From Eledone cirrhosa (taxonomy: Eukaryota), in the NCBI GenBank assembly GCA_964016885.1, contig OZ024740.1:396428001-396492000 (forward strand): a DNA stretch of 64,000 bases, read 5' to 3'. Each line of letters opens with the position of its first letter. Position 1 is the stretch's first letter. A program made the position numbers and the translations under genes. Under the pieces are notes generated by a model. It worked only from the letters and a program-made list of their open reading frames with translations, did not search any database and had not been told where the DNA came from. Shown here in pieces: positions 40,787-53,600 of the stretch.

Positions 40787-40794
40787 ATATATAT

Positions 40795-40828
<34 letters not shown>

Positions 40829-40851
40829 ATATATATTATATATATATATAT

Positions 40852-40883
<32 letters not shown>

Positions 40884-40887
40884 ATAT

Positions 40888-40919
<32 letters not shown>

Positions 40920-41093
40920 ATATTATATATATATATATTATATATATATATATATTATATATATATATATTATATATATATATATATTATATATATATAT
41001 ATATTATATATATATATTATATATATATATATATATATATTAAATATATATATATATATTATATATATATATATTATATATATATATATATAT
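40787..41093. repeat. Interrupted (TA)n microsatellite
   Basis: Direct reading. Confidence 0.95.
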
Positions 41094-44000
41094 ATCATCA
41101 TCATCATCAACGTTTAACGTCCGTGTTCCACGCTTGCATGGGTTTGGACGGGGGTAGTCCCACTTGAGGCAAGAGTGATTGTCTTGCTCACATAGGACTG
41201 TCTGGCAGGTTTTCTACAGTTGGATGCCCTTCCTAACACCAACCACATTTACAGTGTGGGTCTGGGAGGTTTTTACCGTGTTGCCTACACGGCCACATTA
41301 CAGCGTGGACTGTGTGTTTTTTTGTCGTGACACCTACATGATCTCATTGGTTTCGGCCTGGATGGCGCGGCACCAACATAACTTTACATAGGACGGGGTG
41401 GTGTGGATGGGGTGGGGGTGGTGGTGGTGGGACGGGGTGTATTTTGTTAGAGATGCCTACTGGCTGGAGTAGGTTTTACTATATATTTAGGTAAGGCGGG
41501 TCTTCTCTGTTGCTGAGTACCGCCAAAGGTCTCAGTCCAGTGACATTGTCTTGGAGAAGTGTAAGTGTGTGAGGTCGGAGTTTATCAGCTCGTCCCAGGT
41601 TTTTCTAGGTCTGCCTATTCTGTGGCTACCGTCTATCTTTATTGCCCTGCACTTTGTTATACAGCTATCGACTTTCATGCGCATCACGTGTCCATACCAA
41701 CGTAGCCTTCTCTCGAGTAAACAGCATCTGATCCCTCTTATCTCTAATTTTTTTCTTAGTTCGTTTATGCTTTGCCGTTCACGTATATTACTGTTACACA
41801 TCCAGCGGAGTATGCAAGCTTCGTTCCTCTCTAGTCTGCGTATATCCTCTGCACACAATGCCCATGTCTCACTGCCATGCAACATTGCTGTTCGTATGCA
41901 GGCATCGTACAACCTGCCTTTCATTTTTAGGGAGAACCCTTTAGCAGCTAATAGTGGTATAAGCTCTCTGAACTTTTTCCAACCAGTTCTGACTCTAGCT
42001 ACAGTACTTTCAGAGCACCCTCCCCCACTGCTGATTTTATCGCCCAGGTAACGGAAGCTGTCCACTATTTCTATTTCTGCGCAATTGAAAGAGCTAGTAT
42101 TCTACTTATTGCACCAGAACACCGGCCACATGTAAAATCTATGTTCTTAGTTAGCTTACCTGTGATCCCACTACATCTTTTATGCACCCATACTTTGCAT
42201 TTAGGACACAAAATGGAGTTTCTACCTACGCCTTTCCTACACACCGAGCACGACCATTTCCCAGAAGGGACCGCCGCCTTGTTTTCTTTCCTACAAACTA
42301 GAACTTTGGTCTTAGCCAGGTTAATTTTAAGTCCTTTTGACTCTAGGCCGTGCTTCCATGTTTGGAATTTCTTCTCTAGCTCGGCCATTGATTCCGCTAT
42401 GAGTGTCAGGTCGTCTGCGTATAGGAGTTCCCATGGGCAGCCTGTCTTGAACTCCTCTGTTATAGCCTGAAGGGCAATAATAAATAGTAGGGGCTGAGAA
42501 CAGAGCCCTGATGGACGCCAACTTTTACGCTAAACTCTTCACTATATTCGTTGTTAATTCTAACCTTGCTGACTGTTTCTTTATACATGGCTTGTATAGC
42601 CCTCACAAGCCATTCGTCAACGCCTAGTTTTCTAAGAGCCCACCAGATAATGGAGCGGGGGACTCTGTCGAAGGCTTTCTCCAAGTCGACAAAAGCTAAG
42701 TAGAGGGGTTTACCTTTAGCTAGGTATTTCTCCTGTAGTTGTCGTACTATGAAAAGAGCGTCTGTGGTACTTTTGCCTGACACAAACCCGAACTGCATTT
42801 CATCTAGGTCAATTCTCTCTCTGATTAGTTGCGCTATTACTTTTTCCGTGACCTTCATGACCTGGTCGATTAATTTAATGCCTCTATAGTTACTCCTATC
42901 TAGGGCGTCTCCTTTACCCTTATAACAGTTAACGATGATGCTGCTATGCCAGTCCTTCGGAACAACCCCATTCTGTACGACTTGGTTAACTATGCGGGTG
43001 ACCATGGTGTGTCCCACCGTGCCAGATGCCTTCAGCATCTCAGCAACTATTTCCGAAGGCCCAGCCGCCTTACCCGTCTTCATATCCTTGATTGCCTTAC
43101 TTATTATACTCCCCTCGACTAACACTGCTGGTCCCTCTATTGGGTCGATATGGGGGAGACTGTCTTTCTCCCATTTATTCTCCTCATTTAGTAGCCTTTC
43201 ATAGTGACACTTCCAAGCTACCTTCTTATCAGTGTCGGTGATGGCAAGTATGCCATCATCGTTAAGTACACACTTCTCCCCGACAATATCACGGTTTTCC
43301 TTGACGCATTGCCTAGCAATCCTGAACACCTCACGTTTTTGGTCATCGCGTTGTAGAACATGCTTGAACTTTCTTTCCTCAGCTTCCCTTCTTGCTAAGT
43401 ACACTTCTCTCCTAGCTCCCCTCCTGGCCACTTGATAGTCTACTCTACTTCCCCCATCCCGCCATACTTTCCAAGCCTGCTTTTTGGCCTTAATTGACCC
43501 CTCCACCTTACTGTTCCACCACCATGTTACTCTCCTCCTGCCTACAGGCCTGCTCCAGCCACAGACTTCGTCTGTCGCCAACAGCAGGTTTGCTTTCAGA
43601 AATTCCCACTGTCCCTCTATATTGTCCGACTCTAAATGTTCTTCCTTACTGTCGAAAGCATCAAGTAATATGTTTTGAAATTTATTTTTGGCTGTGGGGT
43701 CCTTTAGCTTCCATATTTTTCTCCTGAGGATAGTCCTCTTCTGCTGTCGAGTACGTCTCGTCCTGACTATGAGGTCGCTAATTATCAGTCTATGTTGGGA
43801 GGTGCATTCTTCATGGGGAGGGATTTAGTGTTTACAACAGACACTCTGTCACGTCTTCTGGTAAGATATAATCTACCTGGCTTGTGTGTTCCCCGGATCT
43901 ATAGGTGATCAGGTGATTGTCACGTATTTGAAGTTAGTGTTACAGATAGTTAGGTTATTTGCATCACAGAATTCCAGGATTCTGGAGCCTTCCTCATTTC

Positions 44001-45131
44001 TAGTACCAAACCCATAGCCTCCATGGATTTCGTCGTAGCCGTCACAATGTTGTCCAACGTGACCATTTAGGTCGCCTGCAATAATTATATAGTCACTGTC
44101 AGGTATTTGGGAGGTAGTTAGCAACAGTGTCTCATAGAATCTGTCTTTTATAGTGCCGGGCAGTCCGGATTTGGGGTGCGTACGCAGATATTACTGTCAC
44201 CGTAGTTCTATTGAGGACAAGTCGTATTTTAATTATTCTGTCGTTCACTCTATTTACGTCTATTATCTTATCTGCCCACTTTTCTGCTACCATGATTCCT
44301 ACTCCACCCAGCCCATCGTCGTTTCCCCACCCAGAAAAGCTTATAACATCGTTTTTTACCCTCAATGAATCTAGCAGACCCACCCCTCCACCTGGTCTCT
44401 TGAATACAACAAACATCGACCTCCTTTACGTTCAAGCATTTCTACAACCTCGTTAGCGCGACCCCTTAGGGTGCCTACATTTATGGTACCAACTCTGAAG
44501 TTTTGGATTGCGTTTGGAGGGTGGGGGTGGTGGGGGGCGGGGGGAGATGGGGTTATGTTAGCCATCCGCGGGCGAAACAAAGAGGAGTGCTCGCATTCTC
44601 GTCCACGAGGTGAATTTGACTTTAACTTTGGCATTTTCGCTCTGAGCGTCCCAGATTTTCTCACCCTTCCACTCTCCAGGATTCCGCAGTCCGTCCATCC
44701 AACCCATCATATATCGAAGGCACATATATCGAAGGCAACCGTGCAAGCGATAGTATAGGCCTCTGGCTTATGATTGGTCCGCGTAATAATAATAATGGTG
44801 ATGCGTTGGGGGGGGGGGGGGGGGTCTCTGGCTTATAATAATAATAATGGTGATGCGGTTGGGGGGGGGGGGGGTCTCTGGCTTATAATAATAATAATGG
44901 TGATGCGTGTGTGGCGGGGGGGGGGTCTCTGGCTTATGATTGGTCCACGTATTAAGAATGGTGGTGGGAGGGGGTGTGGGGTAGCTAGCTGGAAGGTTAT
45001 GAATGTTTAACAAGCGATTAACAAAAAGCAAAACTGCAAGATTTGTTCTGTCAATACGACAAAAACACCGTATTTAAACTTAAATAGATAACAAAAAAGT
45101 ACAGATTTCGGATTTTGCGGAGATTGGATGT
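41094..45131 (-). mobile_element. Near full-length RTE LINE (subfamily 2): AP endonuclease, RT and PHD-like finger, frameshifted
   Basis: APE motifs RVGTINVGTLRG, GGVGIMV, ISAYAPQ and IIAGDLNGHVG. RT motifs NYRGIKL, QFGF, FVDLEKAFD, GVHQGSVLSP and YADD (42410-42421). Cys/His finger at ~42120-42255. (GAT)n tail at 41094. The 5' region runs into the gap. Confidence 0.95.
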
Positions 45132-45331
45132 NNNNNNNNNNNNNNNNNNNNNNNNNNNNNNNNNNNNNNNNNNNNNNNNNNNNNNNNNNNNNNNNNNNNN
45201 NNNNNNNNNNNNNNNNNNNNNNNNNNNNNNNNNNNNNNNNNNNNNNNNNNNNNNNNNNNNNNNNNNNNNNNNNNNNNNNNNNNNNNNNNNNNNNNNNNNN
45301 NNNNNNNNNNNNNNNNNNNNNNNNNNNNNNN
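45132..45331. other. Assembly gap (200 N)
   Basis: Run of n. Confidence 1.
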
Positions 45332-45502
45332 TAGGCACAAGGCCAGAAAATACCCAGTGCATTACTGGTACTTTATTTTATCGACCCCGTAAGGATGAAA
45401 GGCAAAGTCAACCTCGGCGGGATTTGAACTCAGATCGTAAAGGGACGTAACTATGCTGGAAAGCATGGCGTCCGACCCTCTACCGATACTGCCAATCCAC
45501 CA
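45332..45502 (-). mobile_element. SINE family A copy
   Basis: Reverse complement of 6883-7068. Confidence 0.9.
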
Positions 45503-46590
<1,088 letters not shown>

Positions 46591-46591
<1 letters not shown>

Positions 46592-47215
46592 TAGGAACAA
46601 GTAAGACCCCGACGGCTGAGCTCAAGCCGTTTCGACGGCTAATTCTGGACTGAATGAAAATTTATTCTGGTATTTATTTGTTTATTTATTTATTTATTTA
46701 TTTATTTAGCCTAGCAATAGCGAGAGACTTAAGTCTTAGTAACCAGACTTTGCTTATTTTTTTTCTCTCTCAGTACTTTTTATAATTTTACCCTTCATTG
46801 TTCTACTTACCGTTTCGACTTTCTCCCCCTCCCCAGTATCCTCTTTGACCTCACTCCCAGCTGTAGCCGGCACTACCAACGCATGAATGGGTCTACTCCA
46901 CCCCCTCTCCCTTTTTCTCCTACCGGTAGGTTCAGCTACCCCTTGCCCCACCAATTTGCCATCACAGATTTACTACTAACTTGCGATGTGACCAATCCTG
47001 GTGATTATCTCTTTGACCATATATGGAATTACCCCTTGATAAGCTCGGCTATTTAAATACCAGAATAAATTTTCATTCAGTCCAGAATTAGCCGTCGAAG
47101 CGGCTTGAGCTCAGCCGTCGGGGTCTTACTTGTTCCTATTACCCACTCTACTACCCTAAGTATTGAGTACTTTGGTGCGTTATGGTCCACCTGGTTCCTT
47201 ACCACATTTCCTTCG

Positions 47216-47216
<1 letters not shown>
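46591..47216 (+). mobile_element. ORF-less element with 86-bp inverted repeats, embedded in (TA)n (Penelope pseudo-LTR-like)
   Basis: 46591-46676 is the reverse complement of 47054-47139 with one mismatch. The right arm overlaps a hammerhead motif. Confidence 0.75.
47031..47124 (+). ncRNA. Type-I hammerhead ribozyme motif, U3-A8 variant
   Basis: acccc-TTGATAA-gctcggcta...tagccgtc-GAAG-cggct tgagctc agccg-TC-ggggt. All three stems form and the site is GUC. A15.1 reads G here but A in the inverted copy at 46629-46633. Confidence 0.7.
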
Positions 47217-47260
<44 letters not shown>

Positions 47261-47285
47261 ATTATATATATATATATATAATATA

Positions 47286-47961
47286 ACTTTCTTTTTATTT
47301 GCCACCAGGGCATCAAAAAGTGGGACAAGTACAATGGGGGGAGTTTATATAAAAAGGCGTCCTCAATAAGGAGGAGGCAATAACAAGATATAAAAATAAA
47401 ATAAAATATAATAAAAATAAATTTAATAACAAAATCCTAAATAGGGAGAAGGCACCTTGGGGGGGGTCGCACACACCCCCGAAAAAAGTGTGCAACCCTT
47501 CTCCTCAGGAGCACAGAGAGAGGGTGCTCCCTTGATCTTTCATCTTCCTCACCTATAGTCTGATGTAGAGTGAAGGCCCATTCACACGGGCCATTCTCGC
47601 CACTTTCACCCATCTTTCATAAAAACGGCTGGGGTGCAGCACCTCTCTCTCCATCCTGATCCTTCTTCCGAAATGATATCGGAAGAAACGGACCAGTTGT
47701 TGGCCAGAGAGAAAGGTGTCTGACCTCAGTCCTTTCAGACGCGTCCACCATACAACCTCTTTCGCCATGGCTATTACGCACCGCCTCTCCTTCGTTTTTG
47801 AAGAGGGGAGGCGGCTTGATCGTTACAATAGACTCGGTGGTCAACCGGATCGGTCCCACCCTTGACAGCAGTTGTTCGACATCGTCCCACAGATCGGCAA
47901 TGCCCGAGCAGTGTACCAATGCATGTGCAACGGTTTCCTCGTCGCACACGCATCTGGGACA
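47286..47961 (-). mobile_element. L1/Tx1-type LINE 3' fragment
   Basis: CCHC knuckle CPRCVCDEETVAHALVHC...LWDDVEQLL, then AKEVVWWTR...FYERW. The 3'UTR ends aataaaaagaaagt against (TA)n. Confidence 0.75.
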
Positions 47962-50172
47962 GCATGTTTTGCAACGTGAGGACCAGAAACAGGTGTTCAA
48001 GATAGCGATCAGTGTGTAAGAGAGAATTGTGATGTGATTGGAGAGAAGTGTATCCGAAATGATAAAGGTGAGCTTGCCCTCACAAGTGCTGAGAAGAAAG
48101 ATGTATGGAAGAGCCATTATGATAGATTACTAAATGAGGGGAATGCATGGGAAGAAGAGACCCTACCCCAAGTAGACCCTATAGAGGGGCCAGCAGTACA
48201 AGTCAGTAGCAGCGTAGTAAGTAAAGCAATCAAAGATATGAAGATGGGGAAGGCAACCGGTCCATCGGGTATAGCTGCCGAGATGCTGAAGGCATCTGGG
48301 TCTGTAGGTCACACTATAACCACACGTATTGTTAACCAGGTAATACTAGAAGGTGTCATACCAAAAGATTGGTGCAGTAGCATCATTGTCAACTGCTACA
48401 AAGGTAAAGGTGATGCACTAGATAGAGGAAACTATAGAGGTATAAAGCTGATGGACAACTCATGAAAGTAACAGAAGGAGTTATAGCACAGTTGATTAGG
48501 GACCGGGTGAAACTAGATGAGATGCAATTTGGGTTTGTACCAGGAAGAGGCACCACTGATGCCCTCTTCCTTGTGAGGCAGTTACAGGAAAAGTACCTAG
48601 CTAAAAGTAAGCCACTCTACCTGGCATTTGTCGACCTTGAGAAAGCCTTTGACAGAGTTCCACGTGCTGTAATCTGGTGGGCTCTTAGAAAACTAGGAGT
48701 AGATGAATGGCTTGTGAAAGTGGTACAAGCCATGTATAGGGGAGCAGTCAGCAAAGTTAGGATTAGCAATGAGTATAGCGAGGAATTTAGCGTACAGGTT
48801 GGGGTCCACCAGGGCTCTGTTCTTAGCCCCCTCCTGTTCATCATAGTCCTGCAGGCAATAACGGAGGAGTTTAAGACCGGATGCCCATGGGAACTCCTGT
48901 ATGCTGATGACCTCGCACTTATAGCTGAATCTATGGTAGAACTAGAGAATAAATTCCAAACTTGGAAGCAGGGACTAGAAAGAAAGGGTCTCAAAGTCAA
49001 CACGACAAAGACTAAGGTCCTTGTAAGTAGACGAGAAAACAGAACCCAGATCCCCTCAGGTAAATGGCCTTGCTCAGTATGTAGGAAAGGTGTAGGTAGG
49101 AACTCCATTCTCTGCCCCAAATGCAAACAATGGGTACACAAGAGATGTAGCGGGATCTCAGGAAGCTTAATTAAGAATGTAGGCTTCACATGCAGCAGCT
49201 GTGCTGGGACAGCAAGCAGCAAACAGCCACAGGAAACAAGTACCCCCAATCTCTGGGAGGGCTCTGTAGAAACAGTAGACAGCTTCTGCTACCTAGGTGA
49301 CCGAATTAGCAGTGGAGGTGGGTGTTCAGAAAGTACAATAACTAGGGTAAGAACGGGATGGAAGAAGTTTAGGGAACTACTACCACTGCTAGCTGAAAAA
49401 GGCTTCTCCCTCAGAATGAAAGGCAGACTGTATGATGCGTGTATCCGAACAGCGATGCTGCATGGTAGTGAGACCTGGGCGCTGAAGGTGGAAGACTTAC
49501 GTAGATTAGAGAGAAACGAAGCCTGTAATGCTCCGATGGATGTGTAACAGTAATATACGTGAACGATAAAGCATAAATGAATTGAGAGAGAGACTGAGCA
49601 TAAGAGGAATCAAATGCTGTGTGCAGGAGAGGCGGTTGTGCTGGTATGGACATGTGAATCGTATGAAGGATGACAGCTGCATAAAAAGGTGCAGAGCACT
49701 AGAAGTCGATGGAAACCGCGGAGTGGGGAGACCCAAGATGACCTGGGATGAGGTGATAAAAGCCGACCTTATCCAATTACACCTCTCAAAGGCAATGACA
49801 CACGGCCGTGACCTCTGGCGTCACGCAGTAATACAGAGTACCCGACCTCCCATGGGTACAAGCTGAAGCATATAGACAATATGCCCCCACACCCCCCACC
49901 GCAAGGTGGTCGTGGAGGTGCCACGGCAAAAAAGCACCCAGCCCACACTGTAAAGTGGACGTGTAGGCGCCACGAAAAAGCACCCAGCACTCACTATAAA
50001 TGAGGTTGGTGTTAGGAAGGGCATCCAGCTGTAGAAATCAAGCCAAATCAGTTCCTGTATGAGCAAGGCATGGTCAGCCGACCAGACACTGCCCACAACA
50101 GGACAACCCGTCTAACCCATGCTAGCGTGGAAGAACGGACGTAAAACGGTGATGATGATGATGATGATGATA
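47961..50172 (+). mobile_element. 5'-truncated young RTE LINE (subfamily 1) with RT and PHD-like finger
   Basis: ORFs 48034-48465 and 48462-49547 (QFGFVPGRGTTDA, FVDLEKAFD, GVHQGSVLSP, LYADD), 3'UTR and (GAT)n tail. A few frameshifts and stops are present. Confidence 0.95.
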
Positions 50173-50180
50173 TATTATAT

Positions 50181-50723
50181 ATATATCATAAATCATGTCC
50201 TTAGAATTATTAGATAAAATATATACTATTTCCTCTCCCAATGAGCATAATTAACCATATAAAAAATCAATTAGACCAGGCTATATGAAGAAATATTTGA
50301 TAAATAACCGAAAGCAGCCTCTTCGCGGTTGACCACAATAGAGTATTTACCCAACATTTCAACAGTATGTAGAAACTGACCAAATATACCTTCGGCCATA
50401 CACAATTAGGTATAAACTTAAAGTTAGAAGAAATGGGTACATACCGTAATTATATCCCTACCATGGTTTCGTTCGTATTTTGAGATATCCTATTAAGGAT
50501 AAATCTCGAGTATCGAACTCATCAGGAGACAAACTCAATAAGACAGTTAATTTTCTAAAGCGATCCCGCCAGAAATAGATTAAAAAAATGGCTAATAATC
50601 GTTACGTGGCAGTGGTCAAGTTAGCCTGGTCTAATTGATTTTTTACATGGTTAATTATGCTAATTGGGAGAGGAAATAGTATATATTTTATCTAATAATT
50701 CTAAGGACATGATTTATGATATA
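50181..50723 (-). mobile_element. ORF-less element with ~100-bp terminal inverted repeats enclosing a hammerhead
   Basis: atatcataaatcatgtccttag...tagaccaggcta (50181-50284) pairs with tagcctggtcta...ctaaggacatgatttatgatat (50622-50723) with about 2 mismatches. Confidence 0.8.
50454..50530 (-). ncRNA. Type-I hammerhead ribozyme with canonical core
   Basis: The minus strand reads gtctc-CTGATGA-gttcg...gagat..atcc ttaata ggat atctc...cgaac-GAAA-ccatgg-TA-gggat: long stem II, palindromic stem III ACCAUGGU and a GUA site. Confidence 0.8.
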
Positions 50724-50819
50724 TTGCTCTGATTATTTAATTTATTAATTCTTCATTGAGCCACATCGTGAACGGTTGCCACATATATATCTGTGACTTT
50801 ATGTATATGTAAATCTTTA

Positions 50820-50853
<34 letters not shown>

Positions 50854-50896
50854 TAGTTTTGCGAGGTTTTTTATATGAAATCGTGTGTCGAAACAG

Positions 50897-51509
50897 ATAT
50901 TGTTATATTTGGGGAGGGTCATATTTGCGTAATATTGCCAGAATTAATAACAGAACACACTCACTGTTTGGTTGGTTTTCGCTTCTCGCTGTCTTTTATA
51001 TATATATATCTGCGATCTAACTTACTCGGTCCTCAATGTTGCCATTGACTGACCGGTGGTCAAAAATAAAATAATACAGATACAATATAGACAAACACAT
51101 ATATATATAGTTTACATAAATCTTTCGTTGCACATCTGCAACATCGTCAGTGGTGTTATATTCATTGTTCCTCCTGTTGTGTTGTATGTCTACGCCATTT
51201 TCATAAAATGGCGTAGACATACAACACAACAGGAGGAACAATGAATATAACACCACTGACGATGTTGCAGATGTGCAACGAAAGATTTATGTAAACTATA
51301 TATATATGTGTTTGTCTATATTGTATCTGTATTATTTTATTTTTGACCACCGGTCAGTCAATGGCAACATTGAGGACCGAGTAAGTTAGATCGCAGATAT
51401 ATATATATAAAAGACAGCGAGAAGCGAAAACCAACCAAACAGTGAGTGTGTTCTGTTATTAATTCTGGCAATATTACGCAAATATGACCCTCCCCAAATA
51501 TAACAATAT
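50897..51509. repeat. ~613-bp apparently perfect palindrome (305-bp arms, 3-nt loop) between (TA)n tracts
   Basis: Centre gtctacgccatttt-cat-aaaatggcgtagac at 51203. No mismatch between the arms was seen by eye. Confidence 0.95.
51254..51291 (+). ncRNA. Hammerhead-like core in the palindrome arm (mirror copy at ~51115-51152)
   Basis: CTGACGA-t-gttgca gatg tgcaac-GAAA-gatt-TA-tg: core and stem II are intact, while stems I and III are weak. Confidence 0.45.
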
Positions 51510-51609
51510 ATATATATATAAATATATATATATATTATATATATATATCATCATCATCTTCGTTTAACGTCCATATATATATATATTACATATATATATT
51601 ATATATATA

Positions 51610-51698
<89 letters not shown>

Positions 51699-51857
51699 AT
51701 ATATATATTATAAATATATATATTATAAATATATATATTATAAATATATATATATATCATCATCATTTTACGTCCGCCTTTCCCTGCTATATATATATAT
51801 ATAGTGGAAATAACTTGGTAGAAATATCCAAGGTAGAGAGCAACTAGAGTCCATAGT

Positions 51858-52012
51858 GAAGGCGCATGGGTTAGTGGTTAGAGCATCGAAGGTTGTGAGT
51901 TCAATTCTCGGACCGGGTGATGTGTTGTTTCCTTGAGCAAGAGACTTTATTTCACGTTGCTCCAGTTTACTCAGCTGTAGAAATGTGATGATAGGACTGG
52001 GGTCCCTATCAT
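51858..52012 (+). mobile_element. SINE family B, 5' half
   Basis: Head and cttgagcaagagacttt domain present, RTE-like tail absent. Confidence 0.8.
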
Positions 52013-52109
52013 TAAATCACCCAAGACACCTCCAACAAGAAACACCTTGAAGAAGGCCAGCTAAACCTGCATAGGTGGGAGCTGTCACACACACACACAT
52101 ATATATGTA

Positions 52110-52610
52110 CTAGTGTAGTACCCATAAAAATAATAGGGCTTATTTGATTATAAAATGAATTATGCAAACCTACATTCAAGTATAAAAATATTTAATGAAA
52201 TAATTCTTTGAATACAACATTCTTTGTAAAAATGCTTGATTCCCTGGGTTTTCCTTGACTGAAGGGGCCTCCCAACCCTCTGTTTGGCAAGCTTTCTACA
52301 CCTGAAAACCAACATTGCTCATCCCAAAATTTCATTTAACTCTACAGTACATGATATAACTTTACTATTCTTACTGGAAAGGAAACAATTTTCAGTTATT
52401 CTTGCATTTTAAATGACAATAAACAAATCATATTTTAACAAAATAATTTTATTCTTACTGTAATGTGTATTTAGCTATGTTCAGATGTATGAGCTTGAAA
52501 TTATTATTGAGCCTTTTTTTAATTTGAGTTCATACAATGGCACTCCTGTTTAAATATGGCTATTCAAACACTTAAAAGGAAGTCCATTATCAATTCATCA
52601 TTATTAACTT
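52110..52610 (-). mobile_element. Helitron 3' remnant (Pif1-type helicase end and terminus)
   Basis: The minus strand reads TGVPLYELKLKKGSIII (~52550-52500) and TKNVVFKELFH* (~52228-52192), then hairpin ccct...ggg and CTAG|T at 52113-52109. Confidence 0.7.
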
Positions 52611-52721
52611 ACAAATCTACACATCTCTATGTTGTGATACCACCAGAAACGCAGTCTAATTATTCATTGTTGAACATCAGTACATCTTTTGTTTTTTGTC
52701 GTGGGATTAATTTTTTTTTTG

Positions 52722-53600
52722 AAAAAGGACAGTGAGAACTTACCCCATGTAGACCCAACTGAGGGATCAGCCATAAAAGTTGATAGCAGGGTGATAGACA
52801 AAGAAATTAAGGGTATGAAGGTAGAGAAGGCAGTTGGATCATTTGGCATAGTTGTTGAGAAGCTAAAAGCATCCAGCATGGTAGGTTATAAGCTAGTCAG
52901 ATGCATAATTAATCAAATGATACAGGATTGTGTCATATCCAATGACAGCTGCAGCAGTATCATTGTAAACAAAGGTAAAGGAGATGCTCTAGAGAGAGGT
53001 AACCACAGAAGCATTAAGTTGATGGACCAGGAAATGAAAGTTACTGTAAGGGTTAAGTTAGATGAGATGCAGTTTGGCTTTATGCCATGTAAGAGTACTA
53101 CTGATGCCCTCTTTCTGATGTAGCAACTGTAGAAGTACTTGGTTAAGAGTAAGCCACTATACCTGGCATTTGTAGATCTGGAAAAGGTCTTTATCACAGT
53201 TCACCACTTTGTAATTTGTGGGTGTTAAGAAAGTTAGGTGTAGACAAATGGCTTGTATTTCTTTTTTTAAGAAGAGCATTTAGCAAGGCGAAAGTTGTCA
53301 CTGAATATAGTGATAAATTTGAAGTGCAGGTGGGGGTCCATCAAGGCTCAGTTGTCAGCTCACTTTTGTTTATCATTGTCCTTCAAGTCATTAAGGAGGA
53401 GTTTAAAACTGACATCCCATGGGAACTCCTGTATGTTGATGACCTAGCTGAATTCGTAGGAGAGTTAGAAGCAAAATTCTGGACAGGGAAGAACAACCTA
53501 GAATTGAAGGGCCTGAAGTTAACCTAGCAATAAGTAGGAAGGATGATAGGAAGCTGTTACTGTCAAGGATGTGGTCTTGCTCAATGTGTTCAAAATGTTA
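52722..53600 (+). mobile_element. Older degenerate RTE LINE, RT region
   Basis: KGKGDALERGNHRSIKLMDQ, QFGFMP, GVHQGSVVS and LYVDD, with many stops and deletions. Confidence 0.9.

Noticed and set aside
45051-45450. ORFs containing X runs
   Set aside because: They span the N gap.
48617-49249. 210-aa antisense ORF (also 38772-39218 and 41551-42051)
   Set aside because: These are shadow frames of RTE coding sequence with no independent motifs.
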